64,000 bases of DNA from Sedimentisphaerales bacterium. GTDB taxonomy: Bacteria; Planctomycetota; Phycisphaerae; Sedimentisphaerales; SM23-30. Under the pieces are notes generated by a model, which saw nothing but the letters and a program-made list of their open reading frames with translations, was not told where the DNA came from and ran no database searches. The position numbers were made by a program, and so were the translations under genes. Below, in pieces: positions 39,675-50,000 of the stretch (positions are counted from its first letter, which is position 1; each line of letters opens with the position of its first letter). The stretch spans positions 1 to 64,000 of the forward strand of contig CAXXMR010000003.1 in NCBI GenBank assembly GCA_963663805.2. Direction: 5' to 3'.

Positions 39675-41393
39675 TTATGGGGCGATATTTACGGTTAGCA
39701 TCCATTTTGCCATAGCGTTGAAATCTCCGGTGAAATAGTATTTTTGCAGGGTTTTGAGGTTGTCAGAATCGGAGGAGAGTTTTTGGGCTAATTCTTTGAA
39801 GACGGCATCTTTTAGTTTGGCGGCGTGGAAGTATTTTTCCCAGGTTGAGGATGCGAAGGCGAGGTCGTCGATTTCCTTGTTTGACAGGCCTCGTCGCCAG
39901 AATACGCGATAGATTTGACAGGCCTGCTGCCATGATAATTTAGCGTTTTGCTTGAAGGATTCGTTCAGGCCCTGCCATTTGATTTGGGCGGGGTCTATGA
40001 TTTCGCATACGTCGGTTCCGTATTCGAGAAGGTTGATGGTTAGTTCGGGGATTTTGTCGGCGTTATAGTCGAAATTTATCTGGTCGAAGAAGCCGTTGTT
40101 GTTGGTGTCTTTATAGGTGATGACGGCCTCGAGTTTTTTGGCGATTTCTTTGGAACAGGCACGGGGCAGGAGGATAGCGCCGTTGTATTTTGCCTGGCGG
40201 TCAATGGTCCATGCGCCCCATTCGGCGCCGTAGAGGTGAAGTCGGCTGTCCCATCTGCCGAAATAGAGTTTGCCCCTGCCGCTGTTATCCATATCGAACT
40301 CGCCGCGGTCGCCGATAGTATCTGCCTGGGCGTGAGCGTTCATGGGGTGTACGCCGGATTTTTTTTGTTCCTCGGTCCAGCGGAGAGTATAGGGGTCGTG
40401 GGGATGATACAATTCGACGCGTTCCCAGCGGTGGTCGTCGTCATCTTCGTCGAAGGTAAAATAGCAGCTTGACCAGTTGATTCCAAAAGCCGTATCGAAA
40501 CATTTTTCGTGGGGGACGTATTGGAGTTGGTCGATGGTTCGCCATTGGGTGTATTGAAAGTAGGGCAGGGCCCATTCGGGGGCTTTGAGGTCGGGGCATT
40601 TGTGTATGTGCTGGGAATAGTCGCAGGCATTATTTTTTTTGAACAACAAAGAAAAATCGTAATCGAATTCATTATCGCGCTGCGTGTCATTATCTATATC
40701 AAAGCTGAGATAAGCGCTGTCGAGAGAACCATCGCAGAGATTATCGAAATCGTCAATTAGTCGAACGGCCATTTCGGTGCAGCCGTCGTCGTCGAAATCG
40801 TAGAAAGCGAAGGGGTTTTCCCAGTTCCAGCGGGCATCGTTTACGGCAAATGAAGCGAGGTGGGCTTTGAGGAAGATGGAGTTGCCGTTATAGTCGGGCG
40901 AGAAATTACATCTGCCGGTGTGCCGCCAGCAGGCCAGGTCGAAGTTGGTCCAGTCGATATAGGCCATAACATTGTCGCGGTCGACATCCTCAATGACCAT
41001 GTAAAGTCCCTTGCCGGCCCATTTTTTTTCTTCGCCGGGCAGGGTGTTGATGACGATTACCTGAAAATCACTTATATCGTCGCGGTCATTGTCAACCCAT
41101 TTGACATTCATGTCTTCAAAACCGTCGTAGATACCGTCATTGTTTTTGTCAATCTGGAGGCAATCAGCAACAATGTCGCCGCGCAGGTCGGTGGGGAGCA
41201 TATCGTCGTTTTCGTCTATCCAGCGGCAGCGTTTACCGCTGAGCCATCTTTCGAGGATATCAATATCGCCGTCGTTATCGAGGTCGATACGAATAATGTG
41301 GTTTTTGTCGTCGGACAATTGGCTTTGGTGGATGTCAGCGGTGAGGGTAAGAGGGAAAGCCAGGATAATTGCTAATAGTAAGATTTTTTTCAA
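39675..41393 (-). CDS. Secreted hypothetical protein with many acidic DxDxDG loops
   Basis: TTG start with AAGGAG RBS, signal peptide, DLDNDGD, DKNNDG, DFDDDG, DTNNNG motifs; no family recognised. Confidence 0.75.
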   Translation of the reverse strand: MKKILLLAIILAFPLTLTADIHQSQLSDDKNHIIRIDLDNDGDIDILERWLSGKRCRWIDENDDMLPTDLRGDIVADCLQIDKNNDGIYDGFEDMNVKWVDNDRDDISDFQVIVINTLPGEEKKWAGKGLYMVIEDVDRDNVMAYIDWTNFDLACWRHTGRCNFSPDYNGNSIFLKAHLASFAVNDARWNWENPFAFYDFDDDGCTEMAVRLIDDFDNLCDGSLDSAYLSFDIDNDTQRDNEFDYDFSLLFKKNNACDYSQHIHKCPDLKAPEWALPYFQYTQWRTIDQLQYVPHEKCFDTAFGINWSSCYFTFDEDDDDHRWERVELYHPHDPYTLRWTEEQKKSGVHPMNAHAQADTIGDRGEFDMDNSGRGKLYFGRWDSRLHLYGAEWGAWTIDRQAKYNGAILLPRACSKEIAKKLEAVITYKDTNNNGFFDQINFDYNADKIPELTINLLEYGTDVCEIIDPAQIKWQGLNESFKQNAKLSWQQACQIYRVFWRRGLSNKEIDDLAFASSTWEKYFHAAKLKDAVFKELAQKLSSDSDNLKTLQKYYFTGDFNAMAKWMLTVNIAP

Positions 41394-41427
41394 CAGTCAA
41401 ACTCCTTTTTGTGCGAAAATTTTGGGC

Positions 41428-41470
41428 AAAAAAAAAAGTGCTGCCCCGGTTTCAAGGGAGCAGCACTTTG
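41428..41470 (-). terminator. Rho-independent terminator after the GH5-like gene
   Basis: Minus strand AAAGTGCTGCTCC...GGGGCAGCACTTT stem running into T10. Confidence 0.8.
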
Positions 41471-41478
41471 ATAACGTC

Positions 41479-42993
41479 TTACGGATTCAAATCATCGTTC
41501 ACATCTTCGAGCATGTCAAGCATATAGCTGCGGGAATTATTAGCGGCAATGCTCCAGGCATCGTCCTGGTCGGGGAAGTTGTATACCCATACGCTGGCGA
41601 AGGTTACGCCGGCGTTGGTCATGTCGTCGAGCATATCACTGAAGGCATCGGCGACGGTTGTGGTAACCAGCTCGCTGCCTTCCTTGACGCCGAACTCGCC
41701 GACATAGAGCGGTTTGCCCCAGCTTGCGGTATCAGTAACAGCCTGTGCCAAAGCGGCCGGTGTTGCTCCGCCGGTGCCGTAGTAATGGATACTGGCAACC
41801 TCGACCGCGGCATGGTCTTCGTATACTTCGGGGCCGCCGTAGGTTTCACCGGTTTTGTTGATGCTATAACCGTTGGTAGTCATGCGGGCCTTGTCAACCT
41901 TGCGAACCGCGGCATTGAAATTAGCGACATACTGCCGGGCCAGGGTATTGTTAATGCGGTCCAGAGTATTATCTCTGGTCAGCGGATGGCCGTAGATGGC
42001 TTCAAGGACCGGTGCCAGCGCGTTACCGGCGGCGGCGAGATTATACTCGTTGCCGAGCTCCCAGCCGTAGAATACGGGGCAGTTTTTATAGCGGCGGTAG
42101 ATTTCACGGATATAGTTTTCCATGAATTTGCAACTGTCGCTATTAGGATTGCCCAACTGGTCCATGTGTTCGCCGACGACATCAGCCAGCAGATACCAGC
42201 TCCAGAACAGGTCGATAATAACACCGACATTGTTCGCTTCCGCAGTGGCCATTACATCATCCATAATCTCAAAATAACGGTCCTTGTCCTCGAAATACAA
42301 GGCCCAGTCCTTGACATGACGGCAGCTTCCCCACATTCTGACGAAGGGGATGTTTTTGTCGGCCAGTGCGGCAAATCCCGGTTCATAGCTGAAGTCGTCC
42401 TGATTCTGGACTCTGCGGGTAAAGGGGTCGATGTAATTTACGCCGTAGCCTTTGAACTGCGAGCTGGCGAGCTTGACCAGGCCGCTTTCAGCGTATAAAC
42501 CCATCGGAGCATCTACCACCATAAAGCTCCAGACCTTGCCCTTGCGGACGGTTGAGCCTTCGACGGTGTCGATACGCCAGTAGTATTTCTGCCCGCTGGT
42601 AAGGCTGGGGCAGTTCCATTGGCCGGTCGAGGTATTGGTCTGATAGGCCGGGTCGCTGGTAGTTGCCAGTGACGCCTGGTTGTAATTGTCAGCGAAATAT
42701 ACATTGCATCCGGTAATGGCTGGGTCGGTTTCCCAGGTCAGGGTTACCGCGGCGTTTACAACATTGTTGTCGCCGGTGACGGGGTATTCATTGTCGGCGA
42801 GCATGGGGTCGCTGCCGGTTGTGAATGACCAGAGGTCGCCGGTGACAACTTCGGTGCCGACGGTTGAATCGACCATCCAGTAATACTTCGTGTCATATTC
42901 GAGTGTAACTGGATATGAGACACTGCTGTTGGGGTCGGAATCCAGAGTTGCCATCTCGTAGAGTGTCATTGACTGCTGCCATTCAGCTGCCAT
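41479..42993 (-). CDS. C-terminal fragment of a large secreted enzyme: Ig-like modules + clan GH-A (GH5-like) catalytic domain
   Basis: GYGVNY, FVRMWG, WELGNEY (acid/base), SIHYY, YVGEFG (nucleophile), SVWVY. Joins the two upstream ORFs into 41479..45665, about 1394 aa. Confidence 0.82.
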   Translation of the reverse strand: MAAEWQQSMTLYEMATLDSDPNSSVSYPVTLEYDTKYYWMVDSTVGTEVVTGDLWSFTTGSDPMLADNEYPVTGDNNVVNAAVTLTWETDPAITGCNVYFADNYNQASLATTSDPAYQTNTSTGQWNCPSLTSGQKYYWRIDTVEGSTVRKGKVWSFMVVDAPMGLYAESGLVKLASSQFKGYGVNYIDPFTRRVQNQDDFSYEPGFAALADKNIPFVRMWGSCRHVKDWALYFEDKDRYFEIMDDVMATAEANNVGVIIDLFWSWYLLADVVGEHMDQLGNPNSDSCKFMENYIREIYRRYKNCPVFYGWELGNEYNLAAAGNALAPVLEAIYGHPLTRDNTLDRINNTLARQYVANFNAAVRKVDKARMTTNGYSINKTGETYGGPEVYEDHAAVEVASIHYYGTGGATPAALAQAVTDTASWGKPLYVGEFGVKEGSELVTTTVADAFSDMLDDMTNAGVTFASVWVYNFPDQDDAWSIAANNSRSYMLDMLEDVNDDLNP

Positions 42994-43018
42994 TACTGCG
43001 AAATCGCGCAGGTTGACT

Positions 43019-44218
43019 TCATTGTCGCCGGTAATGTCGGCCTGAGCAACTTCCTGCCAGCCATCGGAGAGATAGTTTTCGGAGGAGAATCATCAGGTCG
43101 TCAAAATCAACCGTTTCGTCTTCGTTCAAGTCGGCCTTGAGCGCCTCGCCGAGGTAGAGCGTTTCGCTGTCGATGAACGCCCCAGCCGTCCAGCCCAGCG
43201 TGGTCGCGTAGGCATCTACCGCTTTATCGGCGGGAATAGGTGCATAGGCTTTTCTCTTGTCGGCTCTGGCGGTCAGCACGGTCTGTTCCTCAACAGTGTC
43301 ATAGTACATATCGACAATACTATTGGGGTCAGTTCCGCCGTAAGCGACGATATGGCCGGCATTGATCCAGCCCTGCACGGTCGCGGTCTGGTCGCCGTTG
43401 AATTTGACTACACCTTCGTAGATGTCGATATTTCCGGTTTCGCCGGTGTCGAAGGGTTCACCACTTTCGCGCATGGTCTCGATCCAGAGCAGCCCGTCGA
43501 GGACTTTGATACCGCCGCGACCTTCGGCGGTTTGTTTGAAGCTCCAGTATTTCAGAGTTATCCGCAGGTATCCTTCCAGATTGAATACCCCGCCGTCAGA
43601 TTCCAGAATAATCCATCTACATCTGCTGCCGGCATCGATATTTACTGTACCATTGGCCCGGCAGTAAAATCTGTAGAGCTGCCAGTAGCCGTTTTCGAGA
43701 TTGACTACCTGGTCGAGTCCGTCATAACCGAGGAAGAAATTACCGCCCAGCGAGAAGTAACTTACGGTCATGGTAGTGTTGGGCATACGTGATTCGGAAA
43801 TCTTGCCTTCATGGCCGGTGTATTTTGGTATGGGTTCTTCGGCTACTTCGGAGTGCCAGTTGAGTTCATCGTTCCAGCTCGTGCCGTCGCCGCAGGCAAT
43901 CCACTGATAGTCGAGCGTTTTCAAAGAGCCGTCATGGGTTCTCTGGAAAAGCTCCAGCGGTTCGCTGTTGATGGTAACGCTCCAGGTGTCGCCGGTGACG
44001 ATCCCTGTACCGCTGCTGGTTACTTCGTCAACCCGCCAGAGATAATTTGCTCCGCGTGCGGCTGAAATCTGCCAGTTGAGGCCGGTATAAGGCGTCCCGG
44101 CATCGCTTACCAGATTTAGCGTAGTGGAATTAGGGTCGGAGACATATATATTGTAACCGATAAGGTCGGTAACATCTCTGCCAGGCTGCCAGTTGAGTTG
44201 AATGGTTTTCACGGTCAT
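43019..44218 (-). CDS. Middle fragment of the same GH5-like gene (Ig-like module, third GDG-x-SW repeat, dockerin start)
   Basis: Removing one G at 43084-43085 restores DFDDLMILSENY...ADITGDNEVNLRDFAVMAAEW in frame with 41479..42993. Confidence 0.75.
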   Translation of the reverse strand: MTVKTIQLNWQPGRDVTDLIGYNIYVSDPNSTTLNLVSDAGTPYTGLNWQISAARGANYLWRVDEVTSSGTGIVTGDTWSVTINSEPLELFQRTHDGSLKTLDYQWIACGDGTSWNDELNWHSEVAEEPIPKYTGHEGKISESRMPNTTMTVSYFSLGGNFFLGYDGLDQVVNLENGYWQLYRFYCRANGTVNIDAGSRCRWIILESDGGVFNLEGYLRITLKYWSFKQTAEGRGGIKVLDGLLWIETMRESGEPFDTGETGNIDIYEGVVKFNGDQTATVQGWINAGHIVAYGGTDPNSIVDMYYDTVEEQTVLTARADKRKAYAPIPADKAVDAYATTLGWTAGAFIDSETLYLGEALKADLNEDETVDFDDLMILLRKLSLRWLAGSCSGRHYRRQ

Positions 44219-45665
44219 CGACGGTTAGTTCCATACCGTTCTGAGGCCAGGTATATTTCGCCGCGACAACATTAACCGCCTGCACGGTAGTTTTATTGGA
44301 GTCGGCGTTATAAACAATCTGAATTTCGTAATCAGGATTGGTCCCGCCCCAGGCTACGATATTGCCGTTATCGACATGCCATTGCAGGGCGATAGTGCAA
44401 TCACCGTCCATCATCAGAGTCCCGCCGCGGAAGTCCATTAGGCCTGTGAACTCCGGATTACGAGTGGTGATGTTTGGGCTGTTCACGGAAAATTTTGTAC
44501 CGTTTTTGATTTGCAGAGTGCCGCCGTTCAGTGTTGTGACAGAGCTGCCCATGAACGCCCAGGCACCGCTGCGGACCACGAACAGTCCGCCGTTGAGGTT
44601 GATGGTACTGTCAGCGAAGCGACCTTCCCAGGCATCGAATCCGCCGCCGTTCATATTCAGCACACCCCGCGGGCCAATATAAAGACGCACCAGATAGTAA
44701 TATCCGCCGTTTTCGATATTGAGCGTATAAGTGCCAGCCGGATCTTCGGGGCGACCAAGCCAGGCCTTGCCGGAACGGGCATCGCTGGTGTCAATCGTTA
44801 CATTGTAATCCTCGCCCGCCTTCATACCCACAAAAGTGAAATCGGTGATGGTGGGGTGAGTGTAAATCGGGGTCATGCCCAGCGACCAGTTGGCCGCGTC
44901 CGACCAGGTTGTCCCGTCGCCGTTGCCGGTCCATCTGTTGGCACAATAGAGCGTGGTTACATCTTCGGTTTCATCATATTCAAGCACCGGGCCGACACCA
45001 CCAGCTCCGCCGCACATAATGAAATTGCCGTTGGTGATGTGCCACTGGATGGCGGTGCGGGTATCACCTTCCATAATCAGCATGCCGCCGCTTACATCGA
45101 GAACACCGACAAAGTTGGGATTCTGTACGGAATTACCGTAAGAGAACTTGTCACCGTTCTGGATTGAGAGAGTGCCGCCGTAAAGCCCGATGGTCCCGGT
45201 GTAACTGCCGCTATTAAGGGCAATCCACTTATCGGAAGTTACCGTCACATCACCATTGTAGAGATTGAATTTTCCCGCCCCGACCTTTAGCTCATCCAGA
45301 GTGAGTGAGCCGCCGTACATGTTCATAGTACCGCGGTAGCCGATGTACATTCTTACCAGATTGTAGTCGGTGCCGGGTTGGAGGTTGAGGGTGTAGTTGA
45401 AGGCGGGGTCTTCGGGTCTGCCCAGCCAGGTTTGGCCCGAACCTGCGGTGCCGTCAATATTGACAGTCAGGTCTGAGGTCGCGTCCACCCCGACAAAGGT
45501 CAGCATGGAACCATCTTCATTGTAAACCGGTAGAGTGCCCAGCGTCCAGTTCGAGCTATCGGACCAACTTGTGCCATCTCCGCCTCCACTGAAGATGTTG
45601 TTGGCGGCAAATGCCGGACTAAAGCAAAACGCGACGATGCAAACCCAGACAGCATTTTTAAACAT
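44130..45665 (-). CDS. N-terminal fragment of the same GH5-like gene (signal peptide + two GDG-x-SW beta-helix-like repeats)
   Basis: Signal peptide; FSGGGDGTSWSDSSNW and WTGNGDGTTWSDAANW. Removing one T at 44206-44209 gives DDRETIQLNWQP in frame with the next fragment. Confidence 0.78.
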   Translation of the reverse strand: MFKNAVWVCIVAFCFSPAFAANNIFSGGGDGTSWSDSSNWTLGTLPVYNEDGSMLTFVGVDATSDLTVNIDGTAGSGQTWLGRPEDPAFNYTLNLQPGTDYNLVRMYIGYRGTMNMYGGSLTLDELKVGAGKFNLYNGDVTVTSDKWIALNSGSYTGTIGLYGGTLSIQNGDKFSYGNSVQNPNFVGVLDVSGGMLIMEGDTRTAIQWHITNGNFIMCGGAGGVGPVLEYDETEDVTTLYCANRWTGNGDGTTWSDAANWSLGMTPIYTHPTITDFTFVGMKAGEDYNVTIDTSDARSGKAWLGRPEDPAGTYTLNIENGGYYYLVRLYIGPRGVLNMNGGGFDAWEGRFADSTINLNGGLFVVRSGAWAFMGSSVTTLNGGTLQIKNGTKFSVNSPNITTRNPEFTGLMDFRGGTLMMDGDCTIALQWHVDNGNIVAWGGTNPDYEIQIVYNADSNKTTVQAVNVVAAKYTWPQNGMELTVDDRENHSTQLAAWQRCYRPYRLQYICLRP

Positions 45666-45717
45666 AGTATAGTCTCCTCTAATTGTATCGGTTCTCTAAC
45701 AACCTGTATTTATTACA

Positions 45718-46809
45718 TTACGCTCTGCGACGGAAAACACCTAATACTCCGCCCAGCCCCAGCAGTAAAGCCGCCATCGGTTCCGGTATATAAGCCGAAA
45801 TAGTGGTTTGGTCTTCATTGCTGTCATAGGCATAGCAAAACGAGCCGGCTCCGTCAAAAGCGGTTACGTCACCATAGGCGGTAATGTCGCAGATATTGCC
45901 GTCCAGTACCAGCAGGCCATCGGTGATGTCTAGCGTGCTGAGCGAGTTCAGGGCCAGGTTTCCGGCTGTTATGATACCGCCGTCCAGATTAAAAGACGCC
46001 AGTCCGTTACTGCCGATGGTAAGACTGCCGCAGTTGACGGCCCCGCCGGTCATGTTGACGAGGGCTTCGGCATATTCAGCGCCGCCCAGCCGGAAATCAT
46101 TGGCAACGTTAATAAGGCCGGTTCCCGAAAGTGAAAGAACCGCTTTGCTGTGTGTGGCGAACAACAGTTCGTTGCCGACGTTGAAGCTGCCGCCGTCGAT
46201 AGTGACAATTTCATCTGCTCTGGTCGTGCCGGCGTATGCGGCGGAATGAGCGCCGAACTCAGCGATGCGGGCGGTGCCGCTGACGGTCAGGTCGCCGCTG
46301 TGGATGGTGATGGAACTGCCGCCGAGAGATTCTTCTTTTAGGGATGTGTTCAAAACCGACGCGTTGATTGAGCCGCCGTCGATTTCGACGATACCCTTGC
46401 CGTACCAGCCGATACCGATACCGAGTGTGCCGTTAAAAGTCAAACTGCCGCTGTCAGCATAGATGGTGCCGGTATCCGCGATATTGTAACCCAGAATACC
46501 GTATCCGCCGGTGCTGTTTAAGCTGCCGCCGTTGACGGTCAGTACCGAACTGCCGGTCTTGCCTGAACCGGCCCCGCCGAGGTAGAGATGCGAGGTCATA
46601 GTGACATTTACCGAACTGTCCATTTCCACATTGGCCGCCTGGATATAAACCCTGCCGGTTCCAGTCGGCCCGTTGGGGGCGGTGTCGTCCACCCAGTTTT
46701 GCCCGGTGGACCAAAGGTTATTGGCTCCGCCGCCGTCCCAGGTGAAATCCGCCGCTTGAGCCACAGTAGCTGCACACAAAGCCAGACAAATAATCAGTGT
46801 TTTTTTCAT
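45718..46809 (-). CDS. PEP-CTERM surface protein, beta-helix (autotransporter passenger-like)
   Basis: GGAGG RBS, signal MKKTLIICLAL, WDGGGANNLWSTGQNW, Gly-rich strand repeats, IPEPMAALLLGLGGVLGVFRRRA. Confidence 0.88.
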   Translation of the reverse strand: MKKTLIICLALCAATVAQAADFTWDGGGANNLWSTGQNWVDDTAPNGPTGTGRVYIQAANVEMDSSVNVTMTSHLYLGGAGSGKTGSSVLTVNGGSLNSTGGYGILGYNIADTGTIYADSGSLTFNGTLGIGIGWYGKGIVEIDGGSINASVLNTSLKEESLGGSSITIHSGDLTVSGTARIAEFGAHSAAYAGTTRADEIVTIDGGSFNVGNELLFATHSKAVLSLSGTGLINVANDFRLGGAEYAEALVNMTGGAVNCGSLTIGSNGLASFNLDGGIITAGNLALNSLSTLDITDGLLVLDGNICDITAYGDVTAFDGAGSFCYAYDSNEDQTTISAYIPEPMAALLLGLGGVLGVFRRRA

Positions 46810-46938
46810 GACATTTTCCTCCAGGTAAAAAGATTGAAACATTTTCCGTGAATACTTTTACATTCCTTCTTTAGGTGGGCTGTACTCGGCACCTGAGAGC
46901 ATTATATTATAGTTTCGGACGCTATCATACACGGCTTT

Positions 46939-46964
46939 GCGCATAACTATCGCCATTACGCGCA
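46939..46964 (-). promoter_or_regulatory. GCGCA-N16-GCGCA motif, copy B
   Basis: GCGCA TAACTATCGCCATTAC GCGCA; minus-strand TATAAT and AATAAT begin 30 and 33 nt downstream. Confidence 0.75.
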
Positions 46965-47019
46965 AATAAGACCTATCGCAGTATGGGGAATTTAAATGCC
47001 TTAGTCAGGCCGGAAATCC

Positions 47020-50000
47020 CTAAAAATCCAACTGGAAGGTGTTCTCCAGGCCCGGTGCTTCTGTGACCGTGATGGTAACCGAACTCGAAGTTGAGCTTAT
47101 GATTTGGGCGCTCATCTGAGCAGGTGTGTCCTGACCGGGAATAATCAGCCAAGCAAAAATCGTATCACCGGTAATATCAGCGGAATACATCGCGGTAGAA
47201 TTTGCTTCGTATAGACCGTATTCTACACTGTACCAGCCCTGAACGGATGGACTGAGTTGGCCGGAGATAATATCCAGAGTCCAGCCCACCGAACCGACCG
47301 GGACAATTCTCATATTACCAAGCCCGGCGTCTGTGGTCAGTGTTTCCAGGCCGCTGCTGCCGACCGTACATTCCGGGTGGAAATGCCACAATGTTTCAAT
47401 ACTGCGGGCCCGGTCTGTTATAAACCTGTCCACGATGACCCAGTATTTACCGCGTTCATATCGCATCAGTCGCTGCTGATTGGCAGTGCCTTCGATGCCG
47501 TCATAACCGTTTGTCAAAGATGCTTTGGCGAAATCGTAAGTTGGGGTTATCTGACAATCATTTGTTTGGGGCGAACTGTTTTTTGTCAGGCCGACCTTCT
47601 GGTTCATGCCTGCCAGTCTCGCTACATTATGCGAAGCAGTACCCACCGCATAACCACGGTAAGTTGCAGCGATGTCGCCGTAGTATGCGAACCTGCCGGC
47701 ATCCACCAGAATATCTCTGCCGTAAGCGTCCGCGGAGAAATGCATTCGGTCGAGATGCAGGTGACCGCCGCCTATGCCCGCCGGGCCCAGATCGAAGAAC
47801 GACCAGTGAGCGTCATAATCCCAACCGCTACGGCTGATAAGTTGACCTGCCCACGGGAAAAATACCGATGGCTCACCTGTTGGCAAAGTTCCTTCAGCTC
47901 CGTTAGTGGCGGTATAAATCCAGTCAGGCCGTTCAAAAACATCAGCAGCGGCAACAAACAGACTGCGATAGTCGTGCAAGTCGGTGTCACTGTTAAGCGG
48001 ACTGTAACCGTTAGGCCGGACTGCCATCGCCAGATAATTCCACATCAATTCCAGACAGTCATCATAGTCTTCATCTACCGGCTGGCCGCTGTTTTTCGCC
48101 AGTTCAGCGATGTAATTAAATTCCTTCAGGGCGACATAATGATAACTTGTAGTCAGTTCGGCATGTACGCCGTCAGGCAGAACCTGACTGTTGATCTGAG
48201 GAAGAACTTTCGTAAAGGCATAATCCAGATACGCCTCCGACTGTTCCAGTTCAGGCCAGCCGCCGCCGACAGTCGCTACTCCGCGCATTTCAGTCAGCAG
48301 CCAGTTGCCGCCTGACTGATGATTATCCAGCAGGAACTGGGCGTGATTACGCAATGTCGAGAGAATCAGCAGCTTGGTGACATCATCAAAGTTCGGGTCG
48401 TCATACAGACGATAGAATAGTTCCATGAAAACACCTGCCCGGATCGCTACTTCCAGCCCACGCCATTCCGGATTTGAAGTCGTCGCCGAATACGGACAAT
48501 TCAGAATCCAGTCCTGAATTTCTTCGTTAATACGTTCAAGGTAGATAGTGTTCCCTGTGCTTCGATAGGCACGTTCTAGTATGCCAGGAAGATACTGGAA
48601 ACGATTATGCATCCACGCCCATTCATAATCATTTTCCGGTCCCAGATATTTCCAGTTCAAAGTGCCTGCGGCGGTTCGCGGCACCTGTCCCAGTACATTC
48701 TGATGCGTGTACCTATCCTGAAGAATCAAATCCGCGGCAATGATTGTATCTTCGGTTGCCTCGCTGATTTCAGTCCCTCTGAGCCATGAACCAGACGAAC
48801 AAACGCGATAGTAATTCAGAAGTTTTCGACAGGCCAGCTTCCAGTTACCTTCGCTGACTGCCTGATTTACTTCCGCCAGTTCCGGCAGAGTTAAATCAAA
48901 ATTATCAAAAATCCCTTCTACAATGTCAGGATGTTCCTCATAAAGCCAGTAAATGTCTTTTTTGGCTGTGCTGATTGTCTTGAATTGCCATTGCTGACCT
49001 GTTGAGCTTCCTTCGGTAGTAGTTGTGTCCACCCGCCAGACATATTCGGTATCTCCCGCCAGTGCCGTAGTCGGTGTGTAAACATACTCCGCCATTGAGC
49101 CGGACTCGTTAAGAAACGTCTCTATCTCTGTCATAACCGTTTCATTATTCCACTCCCCGGCTATTGCCGCGAAATCGCAAAGGTCAATCGCAAGATCATG
49201 GTTAATATCCGCGGTATCCAACGCCTCGACCGAATCGCTCAGGAAATAGTTCGCCAGCACAGACAAGTCGTCAATATCTACACTAAAATCATCATTCAAA
49301 TCAGATTTGTATTTTTGCCCCATATATAACGTGCCGCTCAAAACGACAGGCGGAACTTTCCAGCCCAGAGAGGTATCGACAGCAACACTTGTGGCGTTAT
49401 CACTGGGAGACTCATCATAAGCATTAGTGCCGTAAACCGCGATAACATGAGTTTGGCTGCCATCATAGGTTGTTTCCAGGTGGTAAGCACCGTCACCATC
49501 GTAGGCGACCAGATTACCATTATCGATATGCCAGTTAAGCGGTGCCACCCAATTACCATTCATAATCAACTCGCCGCCGGCAAGATTGAGAATACCGCTG
49601 AATCTGGAATTGTAAATCACTCCTGTTCCGCTATCAGTTGCGGGATAGGCCGAAAAGCTGCTGTTGTTATTTATCCGGATAGGACCGCTGGTAAGATTGA
49701 CGGTTGCGCCATCTTCGATTCGCCAGGCGTTACTCGATATGTTAAGTTCACCTCCGGTTACATTGCCGATAGAACCGCTGCTTTGAAATATACATTCCGG
49801 GACACTGACTACTCCGCCGTTCACATTAAGCGTCCCTCTGTAACCCACATAAAGTCGCACCAGAGAATAATCGCCGCCCTCCTCAATATTCAAAATATAT
49901 GTCCCGCCCGCTGTCTCTGGGATACCAATCCACGTTCTTCCTGAACCGGCTTCTCCGTCAATGGTTACCGAATAATTGGCATTCTCATCGTAAAAGCCGA

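Noticed and set aside
41140..42498. 452-aa plus-strand ORF
   Set aside because: Antisense shadow of the GH5-like gene; spans a terminator and has no recognisable motifs.
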